Shown: positions 36,901-52,870, numbered from the stretch's first letter. The stretch: 64,000 bases of DNA from Eledone cirrhosa (GCA_964016885.1 OZ024742.1:59830001-59894000); one strand, 5' to 3'. Numbers and translations: made by a program. The notes: generated by a model from the sequence alone, not told the origin.

Positions 36901-39869
36901 AGCATGGCGAACGACCCTGCTAGTAGTAGCACTTACTTTCGGTTTAACCCATCTTTTCAAATTGCTTGTTTCTGACAAGAATTTTAATAAGAAAAAAAGG
37001 AAATAATAATAATGGTGATAATAATGATAAGTAGAAGAAGAAGAAGAAGAAAAACAATCAAATTCAACACATATAGTTCTTTGTATGTATATCTCAGTAG
37101 TTACATGTAATGACATGTTATTCTCGCAATAATGACATATTGAAATGTATTCTAGGACTTCGTTACAAATAAAATCATATAAAATATATATAACAATGAG
37201 AAAAGTAAACAATAGGGTGAGAATTAAAGAAATAAATAAACGTGTGTGTATAAATATATCTGTATATATAATATATATATATATGTGTGTGTGAATGTAT
37301 GTGTGTAAATGTGCATCTATCAATATATAAATATACATGCACACACAGATTATATGCATATGCATTATATGTATATCTATATACAGATGTATGCGTACAG
37401 ACAAACATAACGTACAGATGAGAGAAAAATAACACCTACCTTCCTCTCAAAGTTTATGAAATATTTTGAAGAAATATCTGTCGACAATATATATTATGAT
37501 TTTGTCTAATTTTTTTGCTAAGGTTTCATTAATCAGTGGTTTATATTGTAGAATGTGTCTTGACATTCTAAGTACAACTTTTGTTACAGAATAAAAGAGG
37601 GGAGCAAACTACACAAACTCCACGTGAGAAAATAACACAGTTAATAAAATGTGTATGTTTCAAGGGGAAATGAAATAAAATGGAGGTTTCTAAAAAATAT
37701 GATGAAAAATACATTGAACAGAACATGTAAGGAAGTATAAAATTAAATATGAAAATATCGAAATAATATGACGAGTATATTCATGTAAGTACGCAATGAA
37801 TGGAAATAATTCCCCAACTATCGTTTTCTTCTGAAACTAATTCTATATGAATTTTGAATCAATTTCAAGAGAAAGTAATAGGTGAGGAATTGTGCAGAAA
37901 TAATCTAATAAATGGACTATGGGGCGGGAAAGGATGAAGTATGTATGGATGTTTTTAATAATGAAATAAGATTAACCCTTTTCATATCAAACTGCCTCAA
38001 AGTACCTAATTTTAAATGGTTTGTATTTATCTACATACCTCCCATCTTAATTTTATGTCATGTAGCAAATACCAACTTAATAATGAATAAAAATGTAATT
38101 ATGATACAGAATTCCACAAAATACTTAATTATTTTGATTATTAATAATATTTTGTGAAGAAATGTCTCTCATTAATATGATAAAAAAGGGTTATATATGA
38201 TTAAAAAGTGTTTAAACGTATTTCTTGAACTCAGAGACTCACTAGGCATTCCCGTGGGCAGGATATCTTTCTGTTGCATTGTTAACCCTCAGTTGTCGAT
38301 ATTTTCAGCTGAAAGGAATGGAATAACGTGAAAGGGAATAAATTATTTACACACAGAAGCACAGAAGTTCAGTGGGTAGGAAACAGTCGATTACATCAAT
38401 TCAATGACACAAACTCTGTTGGAGAACATGTCATTAATTACGTAAGCTTAGCCTACAACAACTTACATTTATTGTTCATTTAAATCTGATCAACATTTAG
38501 TGAGACACATGTACATCAACTTTCCATATTAGAGGTCAATCTTAAATTCCCAGGGCACGAAGATGTCTGATGTAGTGTTGCTATGGCTCATCGCTACTAC
38601 TTCGTTTATATTCTACAATTAATATTCTAAGTAAAATGGGCTTTTTTCTTCGCCAGTATCTCCACAAGTTAGTGCATGCATATGTATGAGAGTGTTGCCG
38701 TTCTTTTTGTTGCTGATCTATTGCAATTGACAAGTGAGGAAGCATATCCTCGTCGGTTCTCAAAATGCCTAAATTCATTTATTTCGAAAGATATGTATAT
38801 ATGTGCGAATTATTCGTGTTTATATTCTTACTTTTTGTTCCATACTTGTAGAGATATTTAGATTTTTCGATGAAGGAGCATAATCTGCCTCCGTAATATG
38901 ATGTTTTCGCTAAAAAGGCAGCGTGTGTGGAACTAGCAAAAGTCCTAATATTAGAATATTTTGCCTGACACACGCCTCAAGAAATAGCAAAAACAAAAAT
39001 ATATATATATTTTTTGCAAACCTGTGCACATGAATTGCATGAAATCAACAAAATAATGAAGTTCGATAAATCCCTGTAGTCATCGGAACTCTACGTCACA
39101 CGAAGAAGGGATTTCAAAACTTCACCATTCATGTCCAAGGTAAGATAAACCTCTAGTCAGTCTAGAAATCCACCATATATGGAAGGGTTCCCGTAATACG
39201 GAGAGTATTGACAATCAAGATAAATTTCAGAGTTGTATCCTGTGAAACTGTCATAATAATAGAATTATTAGTAATATCAACCACTCAATACAATGAGATA
39301 AAACATACAGTAATAATGTTGTTGATGGATGATAGTGGTTATGTTGATGACAGCTAAAACTAAACCTATCGTAGTTAAGTGCTATTCTCTGAGTTATCTC
39401 CCCTACTATCTGTCGCTGTCGCTATCACACCTATCTTTATGTTTCACGCTCTGTCTCATTGATTTTTATCTTACACTAGGCACCCTCTAATAATCATAAT
39501 CTTTGGAAATGCTACACACTAAGACAACATTGGATAATAACATGGATTCTTAGCCATTGTACTATTGTACTCATTCATTTGAGTGACAACCAGCTTGTAT
39601 ACATTAGTATGTCTAAGAAATTATGGACAGACTTTTGGATTTCTCGAGCTGTCATATTCACATTTAAATGATAGTCAGATATTATTCTTTCGTTTCACAA
39701 CGAAAGTAATCACTTAGGTCTTCCAATATTAGACGCCTTGTCTTTTTCTATGGATAACAAACAAACTATATAATATGAAAAGAAATGAATTCTGAGCGCC
39801 CTTAGTTCACATTCAGCCGACGACAAAATTTACTTAGCATCACTTCAGGATCGATAAAGTGCAGCTTGC

Positions 39870-39995
39870 GAGTATTGGGAATGGCAGAACTGTTAAAGAT
39901 ATATCTGTTCCTAATCTTTGTGTTCTGAGTTGAAATTCCATCGTCACTAAATTTGATTTTCAGCGATTTGGAGACAATATATAAAGTAGTAGGAA
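39870..39995 (+). mobile_element. Degraded SINE copy
   Basis: TGGCAGAACTG..GTTCTGAGTTGAAATTCC..TTTGATTTTCA resembles 2165-2295. Confidence 0.5.
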
Positions 39996-42104
39996 GGTTG
40001 ATGGATTGCCGGAATTAAAGCGATGCCTAATCTGGCTTTTGTGACTGTATTTCAAGTTCCACATAGGTGCAGATTACAAAGACTAAGACAAATCATTCTA
40101 ACAGAAGATTACCTCATTCAACATGTAATTGGGGGGGGGGGGGGCGATATAGTGGCCTAAAAAACAACATAGATACTAGAGATTCTTTCAACAGTGGATC
40201 GAAAATCGATGGGTGGAATAATTCATAATGTATTATTGTTTAAAAGGAAAACACACAATATGGGAAAGGTTCTCTATGAGAAAACTAGGTAGATGTATTT
40301 TAAGATACAAGAGATTTGTATAAAGTTAAGTCCCACTAAAAGCTTCTAATATACACCATGGAGCAAAAGTAGTGCACCAATAAAATAACACTTTGCTCTA
40401 TCTTCATGTGTTTGTTTTGTGTGTAAGCATGTTAGATGTACTTATTTCTCGTGATTAGGCTGTTGCGTGACTTTTGCCCCACCCTATATATGATAGACCC
40501 TTCCATCGTATATTGAGATATGAGGGTGTAGCAGCCTCATAAAACTGCAATTGGCAAAGCGTGGTGAGTACGGGTACACCCTTGATATGACGAAAAGCAA
40601 ACAGAAAGAGTCGAAAGTCAACTAGGTGTTGGTCCTCCAACAGGAATGAGAAGGCTCTGGATCGGATTGGAATATGTACGTGCGTGTATCTGTTTGGATA
40701 GGTATGCTTTCCCACCCACCTACTTAAGTATTGACAAACTTTTGTTTTAATTAAAAGATAACGTGCACTAAATATATAAATAACATACAATCTTATATCC
40801 AATTTCTAGTTTTACTCATATACTTCGGTCTGCTGTCTGGTACTAATTTATTTATATTCTTAATTCGTCGAATAATTACTTTGCGGAGAATAAACAAACA
40901 TTAAACACGTGTGCGCATGTTTGCGTGTGTGTGTGCATATTGATTATAAATATACTCATGGTAGTGAAGTCTTATTTCAATGAATATAAACATAAGAGAG
41001 TATTGAAGTTTGCTTGAAGCATTGTGGAATAATAAGGTAAATTTCTTTAAGACGTTTGGAAGCCTCGACAATGCAAATGGGTAAATCTACGGGTAACAAG
41101 ATCCGGTGGTGGAGAGAGAGATGTAAGTGGGTGTACGTTGAGATGCGTGGCGTGTATAAGACGTATAGAGGAATGAAGTAAAGAGCATAAAGGATATAAA
41201 GAATATAAACATGTTTTTGTTCAAAGCTAAAATGTGTTTCTTCAGAAATAAACATTTTACTCATTTGAAGGAAAATGTCTCCAGCGAATAACAATGAAAA
41301 ATATTTGTTCGTAATTGCTCTAATATGGAACGTGGTAATCAACAGTAGTTGTTGAAGAAAAACCCCTAGCGGCTATCATATCTGTAAATAGAGGAAATTA
41401 TTGTTTATATAGTTTTTTACGCAAGTCAATAATTTTGCAGGTAATGACACGAGTTTATTATGCAGATTACAAGCAGTTTTGTTAATGAGAGCAGCGTAAT
41501 AAAACCCAAATCTAAAACAAAAAGCATATGTATTTTAATTGGAAATGCAAGTTAGTGAATTCAGAGAATTTCGATAAGTATTGCAGTTAATGAGCTGTTT
41601 ATGGAAACATAGGATTCCACGATCGATTCCATTGTAGTGCGTAAAATATATTCTGGGGAGATAAGTGAGGTTAGGGATGAAAATACGACGAAACCATTAT
41701 ATATATATATGCAGAGGTTACATTTAATATTAAATGGGTGTTACGTGTGTGTGGGAGTATGGTTAGCATGTTAAGATGAAGAGAATATATATTTTGTGTG
41801 TGTGTGTGTAGGGAAATGATTCCGTAAGTAGGAATATTTTTGAATGAACATATTTTCCTTACTTATATATATATATATGCAGAGGTTACATTTAATTTGT
41901 TGGGATTCAACAAGATTAAACATTTTTATAACTAATATAAAGCACTCAACAATTTAGTGGAGTAAATAAACAATATATTAATAAATGGAAACTATATTTA
42001 TAAAACCATATTTATTTTATTATATATAATTCAAGGGCAACCTAGGCAAATTATGGTGTGCTTTCATCAGATAAAATACAGATTTGTTTTATAAATAAAT
42101 ATTG

Positions 42105-42194
42105 ACATACCCGGAAAAAAGACAATCGGTTGGAGCTTCCTGGATAGCTTCCAGGAAGCTCCAACCGTTAAGGTTGTCTTTTTTCCGGGTATGT
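42105..42194. repeat. Fold-back inverted repeat (~40 bp arms)
   Basis: ACATACCCGGAAAAAAGACAA..CGGTTGGAGCTTCCTGGA / TCCAGGAAGCTCCAACCG..TTGTCTTTTTTCCGGGTATGT. Confidence 0.9.
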
Positions 42195-42232
42195 TTTTTT
42201 CATATATGAGTGTTTGAATTTCTTTTTACTTA

Positions 42233-42533
42233 AAAAAGGGGGCTCACGAAGGCTTTTTTTTAAAATGTAATTTGATTGGTTATAAATGAAATTATGGCTG
42301 TCACGTGAACAAGTTCATTAAAAATCGCGCCCGTATTTGGGAATTTATTTTGTAGCCTTTTAGAGAATTTTATGACAATAAAAAAAGTGGCACACGAAGG
42401 CTTTTTTTTTTTTTTTTAAATGTAATTTGATTGGTTATAAATGAAATTATGGCTGTCACGTGAACAAGTTCATTAAATTTCGCACCCGTATTTGGGAATT
42501 TATTTTGTAGCCTTTTAGAGAATTTTATGACAA
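42233..42533. repeat. Tandem duplication, two units of ~150 bp
   Basis: CACGAAGGCTTTT...GAGAATTTTATGACAA occurs twice. Confidence 0.9.
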
Positions 42534-43230
42534 GCAAAAGAATGGTCAAGAGAAATGGGATGGGAGAATTGTTCTGGTTCGGTGAATATGGCTAGTTCGC
42601 TGGGGTGTCAGAGTTCAGATTTTCTATTGAAATAAAGAAAGTAGACATATGTATGTTTATTTGTATGTTTGTGTGTGTGTGTGTATAGGAAGATGATTCT
42701 ATTGGTAGAAATGGGGGAGGGAGTTGTGTGTGTGTGTGTGTGTGTGTATGGGTGTTATGTGTGTGTCTGTGGGAGTATGTTAAGATGAAGAGAATATATA
42801 TATTTTGTGTGTGTGTGTGTAGGAAAGTGATTCTATTAGTAGAAATGGGGGAGGGAGTTGTGTGTGTGGGTGGGTGGGGTGTGTTATGTGTGTGTGTATG
42901 GGTGTTATGTGTGTGTGGGAGTATGGTTAGCATGTTAAGATGAAGAGAATATATATTTTGTGTGTGTGTGTGTAGGGAAATGATTCCGTAAGTAGGAATA
43001 TTTTTGAATGAACATATTTTCCTTACTTATTCGTATTTGTTCTGTTGCATTGCAAGCGCAAACGTATGTTAAGGTTTATTTAGTTCGGGTTTTTATGTTC
43101 TAAAGTAGAAGGTGTTATGTGTGTGTGTATACATATATACACACACAGACAAATAAACATACACAAACACACATGCACACACAGGCACATACAGACACAC
43201 ACATATACAAATATACACACACATATACAA

Positions 43231-43278
<48 letters not shown>

Positions 43279-43372
43279 TATATATATATTATAGTAGAAA
43301 CTTGGTATAAATATCGTAAGGTTTATAGCACTCAGTCCAAGGAACGGATAATGCATAATCAGTTATAGCAGT

Positions 43373-43424
43373 GGCATATGAAGAGACCTTCGTTGGGTTA
43401 TTCCCACAACTCATTCAGTTTGCC
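43373..43424 (-). ncRNA. Degenerate hammerhead-like motif downstream of a PLE endonuclease fragment
   Basis: Minus strand GGCAAA-CUGAAUGA-GUUG..CAAC-GAAG-GUCUC-UUC-AUAUGCC. Confidence 0.45.
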
Positions 43425-43581
43425 ATATTGTGATGGAGTACTTCTGGGAAGATTCCTGCTAAGATAGGAGAGTTCTATGGGCAGGGAATACTAAACAATT
43501 TCAATTACTTATATAAACAAATTATGGAAAAGTGAGATAATACTAACAAAATGAGGGGAACAAAAGTTAATTCGAAGATAT

Positions 43582-43900
43582 TTAGTATGGCCAGGACAAT
43601 CTTTCAGAACACAATTTGATTCGTGAGGGCATCGATTGAGAAATCCAGTCGCGTAATACAGTCATTTTATATGACAGTTGTGAGATCATCTGCCACTTTT
43701 TCGCGCTGCATAACTGACAATATTTCGTTCTATTGATATAGGTGTGGATTTTTATCAATATCCTCCATTTTATGGAGAACTCTGTGCCGTTTTGTTTGAG
43801 GTCCCACAAGTGGTTTGCGAGCTGAGTGCGAGCTGAGTGGTCCCACAAGTGGTTTGCGAGCTGAGGATACCAGAAAAGTTTTTCATATTTCAGGAAAGGC
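43582..43900 (-). mobile_element. Penelope-like element (Naiad-like) GIY-YIG C-terminal fragment
   Basis: TQLANHLWDLK..FSIKWRIL..CQLC matches the homologous region of 49875-50285 (TALANNVGEFK..YTIDWSIL..SLC). Confidence 0.7.
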
Positions 43901-44827
43901 TTTTGAAATAGTTCTGTGACATACCTACACGAGTCCAGGTATCTGTGGTTAAGTCTAAATTTACGTCGTAGGAAATTTGCTTTAGTATGATTTGTAACAA
44001 CGGTAATTTTAATTCTTAGTGCAGTAAAATTATGAATTAATTTTTTACGGAATCTGTCCAGGTTCTGTCCGCTACAAACCTGGTTTACAAAAGACCATCG
44101 TCATGGTATATACCAAAGGTGGGGTTGGGAAATTTAGACTTTAGCCTATAAAACATGTATAAGCCGATAAGTTTACAAATATCAGCACTGTCATAGTACT
44201 GTCACGCGAGGGCATAAAAAGAATCATCAGGGTCAGATTTTATCAAACAAGATAACAGTTAATAAACAGGGTGTTATATGGGCGTGGGAAATGAAGTCAT
44301 ATTCCATGTATATATAAGAAATAAAGAGCAAATTCTAAATTGTGTGAATTTAGTCCTGTTCTTCCCTTTTCACACCTACACAATAAAATTCAATTGCTAT
44401 ACTAATCTACCCCAAAGCGTAATACGTATTACCATCTCTATTTTACATTCCACCAGATAATACAATACTTCTGCTATACTACACAACAACTAACACGTCA
44501 ACGATCACTCCTTTCAAATTTATATTTTCGAGATATTTCCCAATGTTATAATACGTACTTTCGTAAACTAGTGTTTTTCGTATGCATTACATTTAACGGT
44601 ATCTTATAAACTCGTATATGCGCCTGAGGTTAGGTCACAATTTTGATGCATTTTGTATTCTTGAGGTGTGGTCAATATTTGGCCTTGAAACCTTGGGTAG
44701 CGCATTGTTACGTGGTGGAAAATAATTAGATAATATATTTCTGGTCTCTTCTTGATAGAGCACCCTTTTCCATTTTACTTTTCACACCTACGGATATTGC
44801 TACACACATACACACCTCAGATCCAAG

Positions 44828-46674
<1,847 letters not shown>

Positions 46675-46722
46675 TAAGAAAGTAAAACAAAGAAGCCTTC
46701 AATACATCAAAAGTCTTTATTA

Positions 46723-46760
46723 GCCGACAATGTTTCGTCCTATTAAGGACTCATCAGGGC
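46723..46760 (-). ncRNA. Minimal type I hammerhead ribozyme
   Basis: GCC-CUGAUGA-GUCC(UUAAUA)GGAC-GAAA-CAUUG-UC-GGC; complete catalytic core. Confidence 0.88.
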
Positions 46761-47563
46761 AAATAAAACAACAAGAAGTATTATCGGCCAATACAAGCCG
46801 GAAACTCCGAAGAATATGGAGTGTACATACACTAAAGTATTGCAAGATTATGGGTAAAAATATATAATAAAAATAATAAAAATATATAATAAAAATTACT
46901 AAGGAGGTGTATAACATTAAGAACCATATTACAAATATAGTCCAAAGCAAAAAAACCCTAGAGCTAAACAAAGGTGGTTATATAGAGCAGGAATTATATA
47001 TAATACAATGTAATATAATATAATATACCTTTACCAATATTAAAATTACAATAAAAATTAAAAGGTACAATATACATATGTATATATGTACGCACACGTA
47101 CGCACACATACACATACATCAATACACATATCCATCTTCAACTGCACAAATTAAACCTTATTAAGAGTTTAAATATAAAAATAAGCATGATAGGAATGAA
47201 AATAATAATAATAATAATAATACATATACCCAATATACATGAGGTAATAATATGATATTATTATAATAAGTAGCACATATAATAAATAATAAACTATACA
47301 ATTATATACTATATAATATAATATAATAGAATAGATAATCTCCGGTTAATTTACACAAACAATATAGATGTCGCAATAATACTATAATAATAATATACTA
47401 ACATTTATAATATACAATATATAATGGCATGCAAGTTAACAAATCAATTCATATAGAGTTACAGAGTAGGTGAGGAAAAATGAATTGTACAATACCCAAA
47501 AATTATGATGGTACAAAGAAATATATAAACATCTTACATGATATATAAAGTTTAACATATCAT

Positions 47564-47657
47564 AATTGTTTCTACGTTAGACACAAGGCCAGCAAATATC
47601 CAGTGTATTACTGGTACTTTATTTTATCGACCCCGTAAGGATGAAAGGCAAAGTTAT
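47564..47657 (-). mobile_element. SINE 3' half
   Basis: Matches 36757-36850. Confidence 0.78.
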
Positions 47658-48385
47658 AATTAACGGTAAGTAATAAGGATCGATATTACAATAACAAATA
47701 CAATAAATATAATATATTATATATAAAATAATTAACATAATATAATATATAATTACATATAATTACAAGGTTGGTAAACAGACATGTATGTGGATGAGTG
47801 AGTAAGGACCAGACAGTAAATATAATGCACAGTAGTATTACAAATAAAATATAAAATATAAAATATAGAATAAAATAAATAAATAGAATCAACCGGAAAT
47901 TAAAAAACAAAAACAAAAGTATACATTTAGGTCTCACATGCAGTTAAGTAAAAACTAAGGAAATAACCCCGGTAAATGACTCGAAAACCCTATTTTATAA
48001 ATTAATATTAAAAATATTTAAAATATCCAATAAGGCAGTATAATATTAGCTATAGTTTAAGTAATTAAAGTTTATAAACGTTAATATTTCGTTACAAATG
48101 TTTACAAAAAGGAATGAAATGTTTTACTATCATATACATAACGATATCTAAAAAACTGACTTAAGCAGAATTATGGTAGGCTAATAGGGACAGAATTGAA
48201 GAAATATATGGAGGATACAAAGGGGCATAAAATCATAGTCAGTATACTATATAAAATAATAGAAAGGAGCGTAAAAGAGGAGGGGGGGATTAAATATAAT
48301 CATAGTCTATTTGGGGGGGGGGGGTTTGACAATAAGTTTATATTTATATTTGTATTGGCCAATAATACTTCTTGTTGTTTTAATT

Positions 48386-48423
48386 GCCCTGATGAGTCCT
48401 TATTAGGACGAAACATTGTCGGC
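48386..48423 (+). ncRNA. Minimal type I hammerhead ribozyme
   Basis: GCC-CUGAUGA-GUCC(UUAUUA)GGAC-GAAA-CAUUG-UC-GGC. Confidence 0.88.
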
Positions 48424-48580
48424 TAATAAAGACTTTTGATGTATTGAAGGCTTCTTTGTTTTACTTTCTTAATTCTTCGGCTCTGTTTAACTATATTGAG
48501 CTATACCTTTTACTGTCATTTCTATAATACGAAGAGGGTGTCTAACTCCAACACGCTCCAGTATTTTAACCCTTACATAT

Positions 48581-48647
<67 letters not shown>

Positions 48648-48823
48648 TAGATAGATAGATAGGTAAATATACACGGGTGTGTATGATTGTGTATAGAAGA
48701 TTATATTAATAAGAGGAATTCCAACTTTGTCTGATTTATTCGTTTTATTTACAATCCTTTAAAATATATATAATGGTATTATAATGAAATAGTATGATAG
48801 AATATTAAATTCTAAGTGTTAAT

Positions 48824-48862
48824 TGAACAAGTACTTTCATGCTTTCGCAATCTTCAGGTTCA
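48824..48862 (-). ncRNA. Minimal hammerhead ribozyme (left arm of the palindrome)
   Basis: Reverse complement of 48933-48971. Confidence 0.75.
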
Positions 48863-48932
48863 TGATATGTGGTGACAGTCGAGTTTGCAATTTTCAACTG
48901 AAAATTGCAAACTCGACTGTCACCACATATCA

Positions 48933-48971
48933 TGAACCTGAAGATTGCGAAAGCATGAAAGTACTTGTTCA
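48933..48971 (+). ncRNA. Minimal hammerhead ribozyme with palindromic stem III
   Basis: UGAAC-CUGAAGA-UUGC(GAAA)GCAU-GAAA-GUAC-UU-GUUCA. Confidence 0.75.
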
Positions 48972-49085
48972 ATTAACACTTAGAATTTAATATTCTATCA
49001 TACTATTTCATTATAATACCATTATATATATTTTAAAGGATTGTAAATAAAACGAGTAAATCAGACAAAGTTGGAATTCCTCTTA

Positions 49086-49139
<54 letters not shown>

Positions 49140-49142
<3 letters not shown>

Positions 49143-49235
49143 GGAGAAGGGATATTCAATTTGTTGGAAATCCGACAAATATAAATATATATGTTTATAA
49201 CAGATTTAGAGCACTCAACGGTATCCTGGAGTAAA
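49140..49235. repeat. ~100 bp dispersed repeat next to (TA)n; other copies at ~41895-41965 (same orientation) and ~63347-63435 (inverted)
   Basis: Shared AATTTGTTGG..ACAA..TTTATAAC..AGCACTCAAC..TGGAGTA. Confidence 0.7.
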
Positions 49236-49264
49236 TATTCAATGATATTAAATATTTAATATCT

Positions 49265-49691
<427 letters not shown>

Positions 49692-49874
49692 ATAAGAGGT
49701 GGGTGTGTAAGGTAGAAAGTAGGGGCAATATAAGTCAACAGAAATATAAATATCATACGGAAAAAATATAAATATAAGAGATGAGGAAGAAAAATAATAT
49801 ATGGGTAAAGAATGTGAGTTCAGAGAGTAATAATAATCGTAGTGGATGTAAGGCGTAATGAGTAAAAAAGACGT

Positions 49875-51780
49875 TTAATGTGGTTGAGTCATCGTAGGAA
49901 TGTCAATCCAGTTACAAAGTAGATGCGATTTCAGGTGAGGACAACATCTGAAGATCTCGGTCTTAGAGTTAAGGCAAGTCGAAGTGGCTTTCAAATTTTG
50001 GAGAATTCTAAATTTTTCCGTGGTGCACAAAGAATAATTCTGTGTGCCCCTTTGGTATTCTCTTGAATGGTCTAAAATAGACCAATCGATAGTGTACGGA
50101 ATGTTTTTGTCTTTGAATTCTCCCACATTATTTGCGAGAGCCGTTGCTGTTCTTTTTTCAAGGTGTTTAAAAGATGCGACATGTGCATAATACCTGGTTT
50201 TGAACCTGTCTTGATTCATGCTAACATATCCTTTACTCCTGTCTGGCTGGTTGTTAATCAACGGTGTCAATTTGGCCTCATGCACAATGGATTTAGTATT
50301 ACATTTGCCCTGTAATGGGCATTCTTCCGGGCTTCCTGCAACTGCATCCTGGATTTACTCTCGTACGATTAGGGTTAGTAATTTTAGTTTTCATTGATGG
50401 ACAGCAAGAGTAACTGATTATGACTACATTTCTATTAAATATCTTATAATATCTATGATTAGGTGGAAAGTTTTGTCTAGGAGGTCGAGGAATTTCCTTC
50501 CTCGACATTCTTCCTTTGACAGTTAGAGAGAAGGGGTGTGTGAACCAAATAATTTTTTCTTTTCCTGTTATTGGGTTTAGTTTTAGAGGGAGGAGTAGGT
50601 AAATATTTAATATGTTCAGTAAAGCCGCTGTTATTGAGGGCCTTATTATAATAAGGGGCAGCTTTGTTAAAAATGTCTAGAGACGAAGATATGGTAGAAA
50701 TCCTACGGCTAATGTTAGGAATAAGATTTTTAAAAACTATAGGGGGATGGCAAGATTCTTTGTGTATATATCTTAGATTCTCGTTAGGTTTATGATAAGG
50801 TTTAAAAGCGGCAGTAAGTAGATCAAGATTAATATTAAGAATGTTAGCATTAGTAAGGTTCGTAACTATAGTAATTTTAAGTTTTAGGTTAGCAAAGGTA
50901 TTGATTAAATCTTTACGGAATTTATCAAGGTTATGGCCGTTGGTGGTATGAGAAACTGTCAATCCGTCGTCTCGGTACAAACCGATATTATGGGAAGGAA
51001 ATTTATCTTTAAGGGTGTGGAGTTGGAATAATCCTACTAAGTCGCACACATCAGCACTGTCATCGCAACATCAAAAGAGTTTTCAGGGCTTGACTTTTTA
51101 ACCCAAATACTTTCATTAGCAAAGAGTAGAGTTTTCGTAGCATGAAAGATAACGTCTTCTTCTAATTTAGAAATATTAATGAAAGGTCTTTTAAAATCTA
51201 AGGCTTTTGTTAATAAGTAAAGAGTAATAGAGGGGTAAAAATCAACAATATCAAATTGGGTAACGCTACACTTATTTTTACCTTGTATATTATTAAACCA
51301 AGAAATAATAGAGGATGCATTTAACCATTGTGATAAGTCAGTCTTAGTTCTAATTTGGAGTATTATTTTTCTTAAGATGTTTTTACTTGCAAGGCCAACT
51401 TCAGATTTAGCAGGGTTAATTAGTTTACAGCTAGGTCGATTAGTGAAGTCTGATTTATGGTCTTTAAGGATAATATATGCTTTACGTTTAGCTAGGCTTT
51501 CAATCCGGTTGTCTATTTTTAAAATACTAGCTAGGTCTTTGCTTCTTTATTAATGGTATTGTAGTTGTTATTGTTAGCTAATTGATATTTGGTGGTGATA
51601 CTATCTGTTAAAAGTTGGTTATACAAAATACTATTTACGTCAAAGAGATTTTTAGTTTTATCGGAAAGAACAAAAGTGTTTGGAGAATGTTTAAAATTAG
51701 AAAGATCGTTAGAAAGTTTAGTTTGAAAGTTATTGTTGTACTTACGAAATTTGATTTCACTAATTAAATTAACAAGGTCT
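49875..51780 (-). mobile_element. Penelope-like element, Naiad-like, degraded RT + GIY-YIG
   Basis: SDKTKN, LKDHK..CKLINPAKSEVG, QFDIVDFYPSI, GLYRDDGL, YHKP..YIHKESCHP, CSCRK linker, FKTRYYAH..SLCTTEK..CPH; 5' end abuts (TA)n. Confidence 0.85.
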
Positions 51781-51809
51781 ATATATATACATACATATAT
51801 ATATCTTGG

Positions 51810-52870
51810 ATCAGTGATGGAGAAGTAGCTCAGGGACAAGAAGTATGGATTCAGAAGGGGAGAGCAACTGTTTGTTGTATCCTGATTTTGAGGAGGATTA
51901 TAGATGGAGTTAGAGCAAATAGTCGTCCTGTTGTCATGGTATTTCATTGGCTTCAGGAAGGCGTTTGCTTCTGAGGACCAAGAAGAGAGTGGATCTGATA
52001 TCCCTGTTCTACACCAACACCAGAGAACAAGTTATCACATCTGATAGGATGATGGAGTTCTTTGAGTATTCTATTTTATGTGACTTGCACTAGAGAAACA
52101 CCAGGATCCGGGCTTAATTGCAACACTAGCTTAAAGCAAGAGAGTAAAGGCTAAAACAATATCAAATGCTGAATTTGCTGACGGTATGGCTCTGGTGACA
52201 AACAGAGTGAAGGAAGCAGAGAAGTTGATGCGAGAGGTTAAGGCTGTGTCGATGAGTGTGGGACTGAGAATGCATGAGAATAAGACGAAGTATATAGTGG
52301 AAAACCTCAAGGAGCTAGAGAGGATTATGAATGTGGGTGGGAAGCTGCTAGAGTTGGTTGAAGAGATTAGGAACACAGAAGAGCATGTAATGGAGAGGAA
52401 GAGCGAAGCGTGGGTGACGTGTCACATATCTAGATTGGTGTGGAAGTCGAACGGACCTACGTAAAGACCTAAAATCCATCTCGTCATCGGTACAGTGGTG
52501 CCCGGGCTGCTGTACGCGTCTGAGACTTGGGAACTGACCAAGAGAATTACTCAGATGGTGACTTGGTGCTACACGATAATACTGAGGATGGTGTTGAACA
52601 TTACCCATAGGCTCTTAGGATGAAGAACTCAGAGCTGTGTGTGAGCCTTCCAAATGTCAGCTCGAAAGTGATAAAGAGGAGACTGACTTTCTCTGGACAT
52701 GTTCACCGACATCCAGAGTTGAGACTGAACTCAGTCCTCGTCTGGGAGCCCCTACACAGAGACACTGGAAGAGGAGAGCAAGAATGACATATGTTGAGGC
52801 CCTAAGGACAATCACTGGGTTCCGAGATACGCGGGACTTAGCGGCAATGATGAAGGACAGAGATCGCTGA
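51810..52870 (+). mobile_element. Degraded RTE-type LINE RT fragment
   Basis: FIGFRKAF, AEFADGMAL..VGLRMHENKTK, LLYASETW..MLNI. Confidence 0.7.

Larger units (their letters stand above)
48702..49093. repeat. Near-perfect 392 bp palindrome (195 bp arms, 2 nt spacer, one mismatch seen)
   Basis: Centre TTTTCA-AC-TGAAAA at 48891-48904. Confidence 0.95.

Noticed and set aside
39080-39146. Possible small host exon (..TGTAG|TCATCG...CCAAG|GTAAGA)
   Set aside because: Weak polypyrimidine tract, no recognisable peptide and no partner exons; cannot be supported without RNA data.
40437-40492. Tc1/mariner-like terminal sequence (TATAGGGTGGGGCAAAAGTCACG on -)
   Set aside because: No matching second TIR or transposase found in the window.
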